Source: the human T2T-CHM13v2.0 reference genome, Homo sapiens
Direction: 5' to 3' (one strand)
DNA: 64,000 nucleotides
Assembly: GCF_009914755.1 (NCBI RefSeq)
Contig: NC_060930.1
Both the position numbers and the translations under genes were made by a program. Below the pieces are notes generated by a model. The model ran no database searches and was not told the DNA's origin. It saw only the letters and a program-made list of their open reading frames with translations. Position 1 is the first letter of the stretch. Each line of letters begins with the position of its first letter. Positions 63,380 to 64,000 of this stretch are shown here, one piece after another.

Positions 63380-64000
63380 GTCACTTCCCCTCCCTCTCCG
63401 CCCTCCTCGCTCGGCGGAGCGGCCGCGTCCGGACCCCTTTCTGAAGGCCGTCCAAGCCCGCGGTGCCCGGCGGCGGCTGCGCTGCCTGAGGTTTCGCGCC
63501 TCGCGCCCGGCGGCCGCCGCTGCCGGGGCCGGTCTCGCCCACGGTGAGGTCAGCCTGCCCTTCCCTGCCCTGTGCCGCCTCGCGAGTCCTGGAGAGGCCC
63601 GCGCCGGCCTCGAAGCAAAAGACGACCGCCGAAACGCGACCGTTTACCGCCTGCTTTTTCCAAGCAAAATTTGGAGACAAGTCCCACCCGGGGAAGAACC
63701 TGGCTAAGGGTCGGACATGGAAGAGAAGACGCTAAAACAGAAATTGCCTCCCTGCTTTCCACCTGCAGCTTCTAGACGCCGCCCTCGGTGCCACCCCTCG
63801 CGGAAGGCGTTCTCCCACACCGGGGTCGCCACTGCGCCCAGCTGCAGAAAGCACTCCGCACCCCCAGCAATTCGGGGCATGGAGCCGGCGGGGGTGGCGC
63901 GGCCGGGGCCTGGAGAAGCAGCGCTGAGTCCGACACCGCCCACCAGGCCCCTCTTGGAGAACTAGACAGGCGACAGCACTCAGGACCCCGGCTGCGGCCG
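63380..64000. promoter_or_regulatory. CpG island, likely promoter/regulatory, continuing past the window end
   Basis: Very dense CpG, two GCGGCCGC sites (~63419, ~63510), upstream CCAAT (~63213), candidate donor CACG|GTGAGG near 63543. Confidence 0.85.

Noticed and set aside
63357-63965. Short ORFs in the terminal CpG island
   Set aside because: Stop-poor GC-rich DNA gives overlapping ORFs on both strands with no recognisable protein.

Overview
Primate, most likely human, genomic DNA: AluJ/S, THE1, L1PA/PB and HERV-W are all present. The window opens on the last ~270 nt of a plus-strand 3' UTR with its poly(A) signal; I cannot name the gene. About 2 kb downstream is a CpG island split by a 17-copy C-rich minisatellite. 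Next comes the most unusual element: one TSD-bounded AluSp whose left monomer is tandemly amplified to 14 near-identical 134-bp copies before a single right arm (4685-6752). The rest is repeat-dense intergenic DNA with a deleted, polyadenylated HERV-W retrocopy, nested L1/THE1/Alu/DNA-transposon relics, several other local tandem expansions and template-switch scars. It ends inside a second CpG island (63380-64000). I found no credible intact protein-coding ORF. Repeat subfamily calls were made by eye from remembered consensus sequences, and boundaries of old repeats are approximate.
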